This document shows positions 18,706 to 29,229 of a DNA stretch of 64,000 nt, piece after piece. Position numbers and translations under genes: made by a program. The notes beneath the pieces were generated by a model, which was given only the letters and a program-made list of their open reading frames with translations, did not search any database and had not been told where the DNA came from. Source of the DNA: Kiritimatiellia bacterium. GTDB taxonomy: Bacteria; Verrucomicrobiota; Kiritimatiellia; UBA8416; JADHWI01. Position 1 is the first letter of the stretch, and every line of letters starts with the position of its first letter. The stretch covers positions 9,926 to 73,925 of the forward strand of contig JADHWI010000003.1 of NCBI GenBank assembly GCA_016783565.1. Reading direction: 5' to 3'.

Positions 18706-21606
18706 ATGATCGATGTGACGGAACCCACCATGGAGAAGGAATCGGAGCCCACGGCTTCCCACACACGACAGACGGCCCGGAAAAACACACGAAAAAAACC
18801 GGAAAAAGCACATGCAAAAGGCCTCACTTTCGGAAGAAAATTAAGCAATAAAGGCGTCAATCCCTTCGACGTCATTACCTGGGACAAGCGTGAAGCCGGG
18901 ATCTCAGATGACAGCGGCAAAGCCATCTTCAGCCAGAAAGACGTGGAAGTTCCTGATTTCTGGTCCATGTTGGCCACCAACGTAGTCTCTTCCAAATACT
19001 TTTATGGAGGCGTAGGAACCACCGAACGTGAAAACTCTGCCAGACAACTCGTCCATCGCGTCGCACGCACTATTTCGGACTGGGGATTGACGGACGGCTA
19101 CTTCTCCAGCTCAGACGATGCAGAAAACTTCTATAATGATCTCTCCTTCGCCTGTATCAATCAGTACGGCGCATTCAACAGCCCGGTCTGGTTCAACGTG
19201 GGACTCGCTCAAGTTTATGGACATTCCTCCAATTCGCGCTCCAGCTATGTATGGGACGACAAGAAAGAGAAAGTAGTCATCACGCACGACACCTACTGCC
19301 ACCCACAGGCTTCAGCCTGCTTCATCCAGTCGGTGGACGATTCCATGGAAGACATCATGCGCCTGGCCCACTCCGAAGCCATGCTGTTCAAACACGGCTC
19401 CGGCACAGGCACCGATCTGAGCACCCTGCGCAGCACACGTGAAAAACTTTCGGGCGGCGGCATTCCCTCAGGCCCGATTAGTTTTATGCGTGTGTTCGAC
19501 CAGGTCGCGGCGGTTATCAAATCAGGTGGAAAAACCCGACGCGCCGCAAAGATGCAGAGCCTCAAAGTGCACCATCCCGACATCATGGACTTCATCACCT
19601 GCAAAGTGAAAGAAGAGAAAAAAGCCTGGGCACTCATCGAAGAAGGTTACGACGGCTCCTTTAACGGCGAAGCATACGAATCCGTTTTCTTCCAGAATGC
19701 AAACTTGTCGGTTCGCGTCAGCGACGAGTTCATGAAAAAAGTGGAAAATAACGAAAAATGGTCTACACGCGCCGTGCAAAGCGACGCCAAAGTGGACGCC
19801 ATGCCGGCCAACGATATCATGACCGCCATGTCCGAATCCGCACACCTTTGCGGCGACCCGGGCATCCAGTACGACACCACGATCAACCGCTGGCACACCT
19901 GCAAAGAAAGCGGTCGTATCAATGCGAGCAACCCGTGTTCCGAATACATGTTCCTCGACGACAGCGCTTGCAACCTGGCCTCGATCAATCTGATGAAATT
20001 CACCGATGATGAGGGGAAATTCGATCTCGACAAATTCAAACACGTCGTGCGCATGTTCATCATTGCCCAGGAAATCCTGATCGACAACGCCAGCTACCCC
20101 TCCGATCGCATTGCATACAATTCCCATGCTTATCGACCGCTTGGACTTGGCTACGCCAACCTCGGCGCACTCATCATGCGCCTGGGCTACCCATATGACA
20201 GCGATGACGGTCGCGCCTTCGCAGCACTGGTCACCGCCGTCATGACCGGCAATGCCTACGCCACCTCAGCCGATCTGGCTGCGGCCAAAGGGGCTTTCGA
20301 AGGGTATGCCCCCAACAGCAAGTCGATGTTTGAAGTCATGAACATGCATCGCGATGCTCTTGATGAGATCGAATGTTCGGAAAAAGAACCGGAACTGATG
20401 AAAGAAGCCAAAAACGCCTGGAATCGCGTCACCAAAGCCGACCGTACCATCGGTTTCCGGAATGCACAGGTCACTGTGCTGGCCCCCACGGGGACAATCG
20501 GCTTCATGATGGACTGCGACACCACAGGAGTGGAACCGGACATTGCGCTGGTTAAATACAAACAACTCGCCGGTGGCGGCATGATGAAGATCGTCAATCG
20601 CACGCTGAAGCCGGCACTGCAACGTATGGGATACTCCGAGGAAGAGATCGTCGAAATCGTCAATTTCGTAGACGACCAGGACACAATCGAAGGCGCACCC
20701 GGACTGAAAGACGAACACCTGCCGGTGTTTGATTGCGCGTTCAAACCCAAGAACGGAAGCCGCTCCATTCATTACAGTGCCCACCTGCGCATGATGGCTG
20801 CGGTCCAGCCCTTCCTGTCCGGTGCGATCAGCAAGACCGTCAATCTCCCCTCCGAGGCAACCAGCAAGGATATCCAGCAAGCCTACATGGACGGGTGGAA
20901 ACTGGGACTCAAAGCCGTCGCCGTCTACCGTGACGGCTCCAAGCGCATCCAACCTTTAAGCACATCAAGCGGAAGCAACAAACCAGGCAGCTCAAAAAGC
21001 AACGCCGAAGTGGCAGTCAAACCCGCCCCGTTCCGCCGCCGCATGCCGGCTACGCGCCAATCCCTGACGCACAAGTTCGAAGTTGCCGGACACGAGGGTT
21101 ACTTAACGGTCGGCGTCTACGAAGACGGCGCGCCGGGCGAACTGTTCATCACCATGGCAAAAGAGGGTAGCACTGTGGGCGGCACAATGGATGCCTTTGG
21201 AACAGCCATCTCTCTTTGCCTGCAATACGGCGTTCCGGTACCGGAACTGTGTCAGAAATTTGCACACAGCCGATTCGAGCCCAGTGGCTTCACAAAGAAT
21301 CCCGACATCCCCATTGCAAAGTCTATCGTGGACTATATCTTCCGTTGGCTGGATGCAACTTTCCCGGAGGGACACCTGGCCGGAACGTTCCGCCATGTCC
21401 AAGTCTCTCCAACAGATACACCTGCACTTGCGGAAGCACCCACCATTGAGATGTCAACAGGACAGGACGGAACAGAACGTGTAGATTCACAGTTCAACCA
21501 CTTCATGGAAGATGCCCCCGCCTGCGACGTGTGCGGATCCATTACCGTACGAAACGGTGCATGCTACCGCTGCTATAACTGCGGAAACTCCATGGGTTGC
21601 TCATAA
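18706..21606 (+). CDS. nrdJ: adenosylcobalamin-dependent (class II) ribonucleotide reductase
   Basis: The ATG at 18706 follows AGGAG. Motifs: ACFIQSVDDSM, NPCSEYMFLDDSACNLASINL and YRDGSK. The C-terminal tail is the Cys-rich CDVCGSITVRNGACYRCYNCG. Confidence 0.9.
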   Translation: MIDVTEPTMEKESEPTASHTRQTARKNTRKKPEKAHAKGLTFGRKLSNKGVNPFDVITWDKREAGISDDSGKAIFSQKDVEVPDFWSMLATNVVSSKYFYGGVGTTERENSARQLVHRVARTISDWGLTDGYFSSSDDAENFYNDLSFACINQYGAFNSPVWFNVGLAQVYGHSSNSRSSYVWDDKKEKVVITHDTYCHPQASACFIQSVDDSMEDIMRLAHSEAMLFKHGSGTGTDLSTLRSTREKLSGGGIPSGPISFMRVFDQVAAVIKSGGKTRRAAKMQSLKVHHPDIMDFITCKVKEEKKAWALIEEGYDGSFNGEAYESVFFQNANLSVRVSDEFMKKVENNEKWSTRAVQSDAKVDAMPANDIMTAMSESAHLCGDPGIQYDTTINRWHTCKESGRINASNPCSEYMFLDDSACNLASINLMKFTDDEGKFDLDKFKHVVRMFIIAQEILIDNASYPSDRIAYNSHAYRPLGLGYANLGALIMRLGYPYDSDDGRAFAALVTAVMTGNAYATSADLAAAKGAFEGYAPNSKSMFEVMNMHRDALDEIECSEKEPELMKEAKNAWNRVTKADRTIGFRNAQVTVLAPTGTIGFMMDCDTTGVEPDIALVKYKQLAGGGMMKIVNRTLKPALQRMGYSEEEIVEIVNFVDDQDTIEGAPGLKDEHLPVFDCAFKPKNGSRSIHYSAHLRMMAAVQPFLSGAISKTVNLPSEATSKDIQQAYMDGWKLGLKAVAVYRDGSKRIQPLSTSSGSNKPGSSKSNAEVAVKPAPFRRRMPATRQSLTHKFEVAGHEGYLTVGVYEDGAPGELFITMAKEGSTVGGTMDAFGTAISLCLQYGVPVPELCQKFAHSRFEPSGFTKNPDIPIAKSIVDYIFRWLDATFPEGHLAGTFRHVQVSPTDTPALAEAPTIEMSTGQDGTERVDSQFNHFMEDAPACDVCGSITVRNGACYRCYNCGNSMGCS

Positions 21607-21635
21607 ACGTTAGACCACCCACACAGTCACAACAT

Positions 21636-21685
21636 AGAGACCGTGCGTCTGTCCGCACCCGTCAGACGCGCGGTCTCTCTTTTTG
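21636..21685 (+). terminator. rho-independent terminator of nrdJ
   Basis: The arm AGAGACCGtGCGTCTG pairs with CAGACGCgCGGTCTCT and is followed by CTTTTTG, 30 nt after the nrdJ stop. Confidence 0.75.
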
Positions 21686-21824
21686 AACAAAACGAACCGC
21701 AGACATATGAATTTTCCGTTTTGCTTTGACGCGTCGCTTCTGCCAGAATGCCGACTCTGGCATCAAACCCCTTAAGGGAAAGACGACTGCGTTGAGCATA
21801 TTAAAACAAACCGGAGAATCGCAA

Positions 21825-22625
21825 ATGGCCGTAAGCCTGGTCCGTAGCCATTCGGAGAAACAGGCCGGATACCGCGAACTGGTTCTGGAAGCCCCAACCA
21901 TCGCCCCTCTGGTGCGACCCGGGCAATTTGTGCACCTGCGGATCCCACGGCTGGAACACCGCCTGTTGAGACGTCCATTCAGCATCTTCATGGCAGACCA
22001 GGATACACTCACCATCTTGTACAAATCCGTGGGCACGGGCACACAATTGCTGACGCAAGTGGAACAAGGAGAAGCCGTCAGCCTGCTGGGGCCCCTTGGG
22101 AACGGGTTCCCCGAACCCAACAACGACCATATCCCGCTGCTGATTGCCGGAGGCTATGGCGTGGCTCCACTCTACCTCCTGGCCTCACGCATGGCGCGCA
22201 CCGGCGTGCTCTTCGTGGGCGGCCGTACCCGTACCGACATTCTCTGCGATGACGAGTTTGAAGCGCTCGGCTGGGATGTTCAAATCGCCACCGAAGACGG
22301 ATCGCGCGGCATACAAGGGCTGGTCACATCCGCCCTGGATGCCTGGGCTGCCAACAATGCCGGCGCCGAACCAGCAGAATTATTCGCCTGCGGTCCTGAC
22401 GGCATGTTGCGTGCAGTCGGAGAGCGCGCCATTACACACAACTGGAAGGGCTGGCTTTCCCTGGACAAGCATATGGGATGCGGCATGGGCGCATGCCTGG
22501 CCTGCGTCCAACGTATCCGACAGCCTGACGGCTCCATTGAATGGGAACGGGTATGCAAAGATGGCCCTATCTTCGAGGCGCGGGAAATCGTCTGGGAACA
22601 GGAAAATGAGGATAATCATGAGTGA
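21825..22625 (+). CDS. pyrK: dihydroorotate dehydrogenase B electron-transfer subunit
   Basis: Motifs: RRPFSI, GPLGNGF and LIAGGYGVAPL, with a C-terminal 2Fe-2S motif CGMGACLACV. The ATG at 21825 follows GGAG. The stop overlaps the pyrD start by 8 nt. Confidence 0.85.
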   Translation: MAVSLVRSHSEKQAGYRELVLEAPTIAPLVRPGQFVHLRIPRLEHRLLRRPFSIFMADQDTLTILYKSVGTGTQLLTQVEQGEAVSLLGPLGNGFPEPNNDHIPLLIAGGYGVAPLYLLASRMARTGVLFVGGRTRTDILCDDEFEALGWDVQIATEDGSRGIQGLVTSALDAWAANNAGAEPAELFACGPDGMLRAVGERAITHNWKGWLSLDKHMGCGMGACLACVQRIRQPDGSIEWERVCKDGPIFEAREIVWEQENEDNHE

Positions 22626-23550
22626 CTCTGACGCGATGCTGGACCTGGCCGTGAATATCGGCGAACTTCGCCTGAAAAACCCTGTCATGGTTGCATCCGG
22701 TACGTTTGGCTACGGACCTGAATATGCAGACCTGGTTGACCTGAGCAAGCTGGGCGCAATGGTCGTCAAGGGTATCCGCAAAATCCCATGGGAAGGCAAC
22801 GAACCCCCACGCATGGTCGAAGTCCCAGGCGGCCTCGTCAATGCCATCGGGCTCCAGGGTCCAGGCGCGCAGGGATTTGTGGATAAATATATTCCTTTTC
22901 TGAAGCAATATGACGTACCCGTTATTGTAAACATCTGGGGGACAACCCTTGAAGAGTACGGTGAAGTCGCAGCCATCCTGGATGCCGCCGATGGTGTGCA
23001 TGCATTGGAAATCAATATCTCCTGCCCAAACGTCAAGGAAGGAGGCATCGCCTTCGGAACCAATGTGGACACGGCCGCGAACGTCATGCAGATGGTACGC
23101 AAAAACACCCGACTTCCCGTCATTCCTAAACTCTCGCCCAATGTTCCGAACATCGGAGACTTCGCCAAAATCGCAGAGCAGTGCGGGTGCGATGCCATAT
23201 CCCTGATTAACACGCTCCCGGCCATGGTGATTGATATCGAGACACGACGTCCCGTTCTGACCAACACAGTGGGAGGGCTCTCGGGCCCTGCCATTCACCC
23301 CGTCGCCGTGAAGTTGGTATGGGAAGCAGCAGCAGCCGTAAACATTCCCGTCATTGCCATGGGTGGCATTCAAAACGCACAGGATGCCATTGAATTTATT
23401 CTAGCCGGTGCATCCGCAGTGGCTGTCGGAACCGCAAATTTTGTTGACCCCATGACGCCACTGACCGTCATTGATGGCATCGCCGACTACATGCGCCGAC
23501 ATAACGTACAGCGCTTTTCAGATCTCATCGGAGCACTGGATGTCCACTGA
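22618..23550 (+). CDS. pyrD: dihydroorotate dehydrogenase (class 1B) catalytic subunit
   Basis: Motifs: LKNPVMVASGTFGYG, NISCPNVKEGG, GLSGPAIHP, IAMGGI. The ATG at 22618 follows GAGGA. The 5' part of ORF 22144-23550 is an out-of-frame overlap with pyrK. Confidence 0.9.
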   Translation: MSDSDAMLDLAVNIGELRLKNPVMVASGTFGYGPEYADLVDLSKLGAMVVKGIRKIPWEGNEPPRMVEVPGGLVNAIGLQGPGAQGFVDKYIPFLKQYDVPVIVNIWGTTLEEYGEVAAILDAADGVHALEINISCPNVKEGGIAFGTNVDTAANVMQMVRKNTRLPVIPKLSPNVPNIGDFAKIAEQCGCDAISLINTLPAMVIDIETRRPVLTNTVGGLSGPAIHPVAVKLVWEAAAAVNIPVIAMGGIQNAQDAIEFILAGASAVAVGTANFVDPMTPLTVIDGIADYMRRHNVQRFSDLIGALDVH

Positions 23551-25147
23551 CGCATTCGCTAAACGCATTCATCTTATGTCTTTAAAACGCATAGTTTTCT
23601 GGTCCCTGCTGATGCTCTTTATCGTGATGAGTATCTGCTGGATGCTCTTTTTCCCTTTTAACAAGGAACGTCTGTACTCTGCCATTTCAGAAGACGCACT
23701 TGTGATCTCTCGTCACGTGCAGCTGGCGGATCGCTGGACACTCATCGCTGAAAGTCCAGTTTTACCCAGAGCTGCCGCCGCACTCGGCATGGACGAGGAC
23801 GCCATTTCAGAACTGATCGAAAACCGCTCCCTCGCCGGACATCTACGCCGTTTCGCTGGACGGGAAACGATCATGGCCTATTCAAAACCACACCGGGAAA
23901 CACTGGCCGAAACCATTACCGTGGCAAGCTGGGTGGGCATTTACGGACAATTTCTACGCTGGGGATTTCTAAACAAGGCATTGTCTGGTTTTGAGGTGAC
24001 GCGGCTGAAAGACGGTACACGCATATGGCAACAGCGCAACGAGTCGCTGGATGACCGCGTCGTTTCGCTGTGCATCTACGAAGGCGTCGCCGTGACCTGC
24101 CTGTCACGCGATCCCGTGGCCGCCGCCCGTTGCCGGCAGCGAATGGCTCTGAGCGCACCGATTGTGGTACCGCTTAATCCATCTCTCACACCCCACACAA
24201 GCAACACCACAACAGTCGACCATGTCTGGATTCGAGGAAAACATGGCGAATGGTCAGGAAGCGGCGAACTCACCAGGTGGACCCCGGACATTTTCTCCGG
24301 CACCGTACGCACACCCTCCTCTCTACTCCCGACAGGATACATCAACGACAGCACTGCAGACCACATTAGCCGCATGTTGGGTGATGCACCGGATACACTG
24401 ATGATCGCATCTTGGAAGGATGTCGCCACCACGCTGTCAGAAATGAATAACCAGCAAGTCATCAGCAACGTCTGCAGCGCCATCGAGACCATCGCCGAAC
24501 CCAAAACACCCGTCTTTGCAGCACTCTTGAGCGGAATGTACTCAGGCCGGGTTATGAAATTGCGCGTACCATCACTGGTCATCGGCTTCCAAACGACGAC
24601 CACAAACGCGCCACTTACAGCCGCAGAAATGGTATTAGACAAATTGAATGCGGCATTTGACCTGGGCCTGATCCCAAAACGTACACAACGTAACGACGCA
24701 CCATTTATCGCTTTAGATACGATACGATCCAGCGGTCTTGGGCTCATGGCCACTGAGGAACGTCCCGCGCTTTCAGTCATGGATGACTGGCTGCTGATTG
24801 GCAGCAATGCACGGGTACTGGAGACCTTGCTGCGACAACACGACTCACGAACCCAGGCCACTTCGGCACGATGGCTGAGCCATTTTCCATCCGGAGGCTG
24901 CGCCTCATTCGGATGGACCCGCACCGCCCCCACCGCGGACGCTATTACAGGGATCAAGGCCGTAACCGCCATGGCCATGATGCTGAATCATTCAAAACAA
25001 TATGGCAAAGTACGTCCCGCTTTCGATGCCGCACAGAAATGGATTGACCTATTCGGAACCGTGGGGGAATGTGCTTTGTCGATTGATTCGGACCAGGGGC
25101 TGCTTCAAACCCACTTTCGTTTGGATCTGGATTCAGTCGCACCATAA
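23540..25147 (+). CDS. hypothetical membrane-anchored protein
   Basis: The ATG at 23540 overlaps the pyrD stop; an alternative ATG is at 23576. An N-terminal TM (IVFWSLLMLFIVMSICWMLFF) is followed by about 500 aa with no motif I recognise. Confidence 0.5.
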   Translation: MSTDAFAKRIHLMSLKRIVFWSLLMLFIVMSICWMLFFPFNKERLYSAISEDALVISRHVQLADRWTLIAESPVLPRAAAALGMDEDAISELIENRSLAGHLRRFAGRETIMAYSKPHRETLAETITVASWVGIYGQFLRWGFLNKALSGFEVTRLKDGTRIWQQRNESLDDRVVSLCIYEGVAVTCLSRDPVAAARCRQRMALSAPIVVPLNPSLTPHTSNTTTVDHVWIRGKHGEWSGSGELTRWTPDIFSGTVRTPSSLLPTGYINDSTADHISRMLGDAPDTLMIASWKDVATTLSEMNNQQVISNVCSAIETIAEPKTPVFAALLSGMYSGRVMKLRVPSLVIGFQTTTTNAPLTAAEMVLDKLNAAFDLGLIPKRTQRNDAPFIALDTIRSSGLGLMATEERPALSVMDDWLLIGSNARVLETLLRQHDSRTQATSARWLSHFPSGGCASFGWTRTAPTADAITGIKAVTAMAMMLNHSKQYGKVRPAFDAAQKWIDLFGTVGECALSIDSDQGLLQTHFRLDLDSVAP

Positions 25148-25171
25148 CGGTACGAACAGGAGAGACCGCGC

Positions 25172-25747
25172 ATGGCCATCTATACGAGACAGGGTGACTT
25201 TGGCGAAACGGGACTTCCCGGCGGCGAACGCATCAGAAAAAATTGTCCACGAACGGAAGCCTGCGGAACTCTGGACGAAATGAATGCGTCCATCGGGCTG
25301 CTCCTCTCACAACTGCCTGACTCTCTGGAACCGCAACGCCCTCTGCTTACTCAAGTGCAATCCGATCTCTACAGCGCCGCCTGTCACCTGGCAGGAACCC
25401 ATACAAAAGTAAAGACGCTTCCCGTCATTAGTGATACGCAAACTGAAACATTGGAAAAGGCCATCGACACCATGACCGCGACCATGCCGGAATTGCAAAA
25501 CTTCATCCTGCCCGGAGGCTGTCAAACCGCTGCACACATTCACATGTCCCGCACCCTCTGCCGCCGCACTGAGCGCCGAATTGTGAACTTTCTTGAAACA
25601 CTCCCCGAGGGGGGCATAGGGGAGCCACTTTATGTTATCACATGCTATATGAACCGACTTTCAGACTATCTGTTCACCCTGGCGCGCTACGCCAATCACG
25701 TTGCTGGAATTGATGATTCCCCCTGGAACGCTGAACACGCATCGTGA
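25172..25747 (+). CDS. PduO-type ATP:cob(I)alamin adenosyltransferase
   Basis: Motifs: MAIYTRQGDFGETGL, ACGTLDEMNASIGLL, NFILPGG, RTLCRRTERR. Confidence 0.85.
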   Translation: MAIYTRQGDFGETGLPGGERIRKNCPRTEACGTLDEMNASIGLLLSQLPDSLEPQRPLLTQVQSDLYSAACHLAGTHTKVKTLPVISDTQTETLEKAIDTMTATMPELQNFILPGGCQTAAHIHMSRTLCRRTERRIVNFLETLPEGGIGEPLYVITCYMNRLSDYLFTLARYANHVAGIDDSPWNAEHAS

Positions 25748-25767
25748 CCAGAGCGGCAAACAGGACC

Positions 25768-27375
25768 TCAGTCCTGCCACTCGAAAAGATTACCACGATT
25801 GAGAAGACCATGAGGGTCAAAGGTGCGTTTCAGGCATCGCATCTGCGCAATGCCATCCGCTCCGTACATAATCTCCAGCATGCGCGTCTTGAGCTTGCCA
25901 ATGCCATGCTCGGCAGAAACGCTCCCCCCCATGGCTGTGACCTTCTGGGCCCAGTCAAGATACAGCGCCTTACCGCGCTCATAGTCTTGCATCGTACGAG
26001 GAATGATATTGACGTGAACATGATTGTTGCTGATATGCCCAAATGTCACGGACTCAAACCCCATGGAATCAAGTCCTGCACGGTACATGGCTATGACGTC
26101 AGCCAACCGGTCATTGGGCACCGAAAGATCCGTGCCCAGCTTGGTCAATCCCGGCTCCTGCTTGCGACGCTCATCAATCAGAAGATTCACAGATTCTGGA
26201 ATGGCATGACGCACGCGCTTAAACTGCTCAATCTCCCGGGGAGACCCGGCCAACCACGTCGCATCAGGATTGCCCCCGACATCTTCCATAATCCCCGAAA
26301 GCATAGCCACCTGGTTCTCAAGATCATCCTCGTTGCGCCCCTGATACTCTACATAAACACCCGTATGCCAATTCTCGGGCAATTCGGGGAGAAAGCTGAA
26401 AGCCGGATTCTCCGCCTTCTGCCGCCGCAGCAAATTAAGCGCATGAAAATCCATAAACTCGATTGCCGTGGCGCAAGTCTCTGCGCGTGCACGCTGAACC
26501 AATTCCAGTGCGGCTGACTCCTGAGGCAAGAACACAGTGATGCCCCACAGCGCGGCTGGAGCAGGAACCAGATACAACTCAATCTCAGAAAAGACGCCAA
26601 GCGTTCCCTCCGACCCGACAAAGAGTTCTAACATTGAGATATCGTCAGAAACTGTGTATCCCGCAGCATTCTTCACGTCAGGAACCCTGTAGGCGGGCAA
26701 CTGGCCACAAATCGTGCGTCCACCTTCCGTTACGACCGTAAACTCGCGTCCATGGGCACGCGTAGTCTCGCGATCCAGAACCAGCACATCACCATCGGCA
26801 AGAACCATCCGCAAACGGTGCACATGATTGCGCGCCGGACCGTAAAGATAGGATCGGGCACCGGAGCCATTGCAGGAGACCAGCCCACCCACCGATGCCG
26901 AGGTCTCGGTCAAATCCGGCGCAAACAGGTAGCCAGGCCGTGCAGCACGCAGCTGTTCCAACACGGCAAGAGACTCCGCACTCCAGGACTCTATGTCCAC
27001 CGCTTCACCCGCAACCAGGGCATTGACCTCCGCCAGCAATACACCCGGCTCCACCGTTACAATGAGGCCATCGCGTTCCGAACAACGACGAAGCGCCTTC
27101 ATACGTTTCATGCGTGACAGGTTCAGAACATGACCACCTTCAGGAGTGGATCCACCGGTGATCCCCGTGCGAGCGCCCTGCGTTGTTACGGTCACACCGT
27201 GTTGCGATGCCCAATGCAATACATCACAGATCCCATCTTCATCCCATGGAAAAGAAATCGACTCCGCACGACCCACCCGCCGGGATTCGTCACGAAGATA
27301 ATCCTCAAACTCCGCATCAAAGGCTTTCCCGGAGTGCGGCAAATCAAGCTGTTTCTCACTACTCATGCGATCCAC
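25768..27375 (-). CDS. FAD-linked oxidase (GlcD / D-lactate dehydrogenase-like)
   Basis: The FAD_binding_4 region contains GARTGITGGSTP. The C-terminal oxidase domain contains GGSVSAEHGIGKLK. Confidence 0.8.
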   Translation of the reverse strand: MDRMSSEKQLDLPHSGKAFDAEFEDYLRDESRRVGRAESISFPWDEDGICDVLHWASQHGVTVTTQGARTGITGGSTPEGGHVLNLSRMKRMKALRRCSERDGLIVTVEPGVLLAEVNALVAGEAVDIESWSAESLAVLEQLRAARPGYLFAPDLTETSASVGGLVSCNGSGARSYLYGPARNHVHRLRMVLADGDVLVLDRETTRAHGREFTVVTEGGRTICGQLPAYRVPDVKNAAGYTVSDDISMLELFVGSEGTLGVFSEIELYLVPAPAALWGITVFLPQESAALELVQRARAETCATAIEFMDFHALNLLRRQKAENPAFSFLPELPENWHTGVYVEYQGRNEDDLENQVAMLSGIMEDVGGNPDATWLAGSPREIEQFKRVRHAIPESVNLLIDERRKQEPGLTKLGTDLSVPNDRLADVIAMYRAGLDSMGFESVTFGHISNNHVHVNIIPRTMQDYERGKALYLDWAQKVTAMGGSVSAEHGIGKLKTRMLEIMYGADGIAQMRCLKRTFDPHGLLNRGNLFEWQD

Positions 27376-27492
27376 TATACCTCAGGTACGTGATATTTCG
27401 ACCCCAAAACACTCCATATCGCCCCTTGACCCGGCTACAAAGCGTGTACTACACTTCCGAGCTCTTGAACTGAAAACCAAGGTAATAACAAT

Positions 27493-28488
27493 ATGAACAC
27501 ACAAAATACTGCTGAATCCGCTGATCGATGGGTCGCCTACCGTCCGGATCTGAAAATTCTTGATTGCACCATCCGTGATGGCGGCTTGGTTACAAACCAC
27601 AAATTCCAGGACGATTTTGTCCGGACCATCTACCAGACAGCCGTGGAATCTGGAGTCGACTACGTTGAGATGGGATACAAAGCTTCCAAAAAGATATTTT
27701 CGACGGATGAATATGGGAAGTGGAAGTTTTGTAACGAAGACGACATTCGCAGCATCGTTGGCGATGACCCGCGTGATATCAAGATCAGCGTCATGGCGGA
27801 CGCAGAACGTACGGACTACCACGTGGACATTCTCCCTAAAGAGCAAAGCGTTATCGATTGCGTCCGGGTCGCTTGCTACATCCACCAGATCCCGACAGCC
27901 CTCGATATGGTCAAGGATGCCACGGAAAAAGGTTACGAGGCGATGATGCAGCTCATGGCCGTCTCCATTGTGAGCACGGATGAGCTACGCTCAGCGTTGG
28001 AGCTGATCGCCCAAAGCGAAGCGAAAGGCGTATACATCGTCGATAGCTTCGGGTCTCTCTATTCCGAGCAGGTACGCGATCTGACCAAGATGTACATGGC
28101 GGCGATGGAAGGCACTGGCAAGGATGTCGGCTTCCACGCACACAACAATCGCCAACTGGGCTTTGCCAACACCATTGAAGCCATCATCGCAGGTGCAAGC
28201 CGTGTGGATGCGACCATTAACGGTCTCGGTCGCGGTGCAGGCAATTGCCCCCTGGAATTACTGCTGGGCTTCCTTCACAATCCGAAGTTCAACCTACGCC
28301 CCGTACTGAAATGCTGCCAGGATGTCTTCCTGCCGATGCGCGAGACGCATGACTGGGGATACAGCATTCCATACGCCATCACGGGTCAACTGAATCAGCA
28401 TCCTCGCGAAGCAATCAAAATGCGCGCGGGTGATACCCCTGATGATTATGTATCCTTCTATGATCAGATGATTGACGAAGAATCCTGA
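27493..28488 (+). CDS. HMGL-like (DRE-TIM metallolyase) aldolase / pyruvate carboxyltransferase-domain protein
   Basis: Motifs: LDCTIRDGG, VDYVEMGY, GFHAHNNRQLGFANT, NGLGRGAGNCPLE. Confidence 0.7.
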   Translation: MNTQNTAESADRWVAYRPDLKILDCTIRDGGLVTNHKFQDDFVRTIYQTAVESGVDYVEMGYKASKKIFSTDEYGKWKFCNEDDIRSIVGDDPRDIKISVMADAERTDYHVDILPKEQSVIDCVRVACYIHQIPTALDMVKDATEKGYEAMMQLMAVSIVSTDELRSALELIAQSEAKGVYIVDSFGSLYSEQVRDLTKMYMAAMEGTGKDVGFHAHNNRQLGFANTIEAIIAGASRVDATINGLGRGAGNCPLELLLGFLHNPKFNLRPVLKCCQDVFLPMRETHDWGYSIPYAITGQLNQHPREAIKMRAGDTPDDYVSFYDQMIDEES

Positions 28489-28566
28489 TCCACTTGAAGG
28501 CATCAGCATTCTGTCCCCGTAGCGGGGAATGTACATCTGCTCAACAGCAACGCGCAAACGTGCTGA

Positions 28567-29118
28567 TTAAAAACCGCTAAGGTCGCTTTCGGTCCCCAAC
28601 GTCTTGTGCCCGGATGATGATTGAGAGCGGACGGTCAACGTATGCTGTCGCCGATCATGCACAGCTTGCGCGCCGTCTTCCCGCATCCAAATAGTAAAAT
28701 TCTCGGCATCCCTGAGTAACCGAACCCGTTTATCCACATCACTGGTCCTTGCGGCCTCAATGTACATATCGACCTCGCTCCACCTCATTTTCGAGGCATT
28801 GGCTCCCAGCAACGTATTCAATTCCCCCTCCGTAAACGGCAAAGACCCATCACCAGACGCAAGCGGCTTACGGTAAACAACCTTGCAAGCTGAGTAACGC
28901 CTGCGAAACAATATTTTTCGCTTCGTAAACTCCACCGCTACTTCAAAACTTGACTTTCGATACACACCCATCGCCTTGTCATCAGTCTCCCGGGTGGTCA
29001 TCGGCTTGCCATAACGCGAGTCACACTGCTTGCGTGACTCTCCCAACCGCGCTTCAGCCAACCCCGTACAAACAAGAAAAACAAGTATCACCGTTACGCT
29101 ATGTTTCATTGAATCCAT
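28567..29118 (-). CDS. hypothetical secreted protein
   Basis: The signal peptide is MKHSVTVILVFLVCTGLAEA. No recognisable domain. Confidence 0.45.
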   Translation of the reverse strand: MDSMKHSVTVILVFLVCTGLAEARLGESRKQCDSRYGKPMTTRETDDKAMGVYRKSSFEVAVEFTKRKILFRRRYSACKVVYRKPLASGDGSLPFTEGELNTLLGANASKMRWSEVDMYIEAARTSDVDKRVRLLRDAENFTIWMREDGAQAVHDRRQHTLTVRSQSSSGHKTLGTESDLSGF

Positions 29119-29229
29119 CCTCCTCTAAACAAAAAGACAAACGACATCCATTTCCTCTGCCGCACAATTTTCCGACTATTGTCAACAACGGCTTTACCTT
29201 ATTGGCACCGTCTGGCACAAATACAAAAT

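Noticed and set aside
22144-22617. N-terminal 158 codons of the 468-aa ORF containing pyrD
   Set aside because: This part is an out-of-frame overlap with pyrK. The real pyrD begins at ATG 22618 behind GAGGA and matches canonical PyrD N-termini.
24076-24978. 300-aa minus-strand ORF
   Set aside because: It is antisense to the 23540-25147 gene. It is Ser/Arg/Ala-rich with no domain, and the sense frame has better start coupling through its overlap with the pyrD stop.
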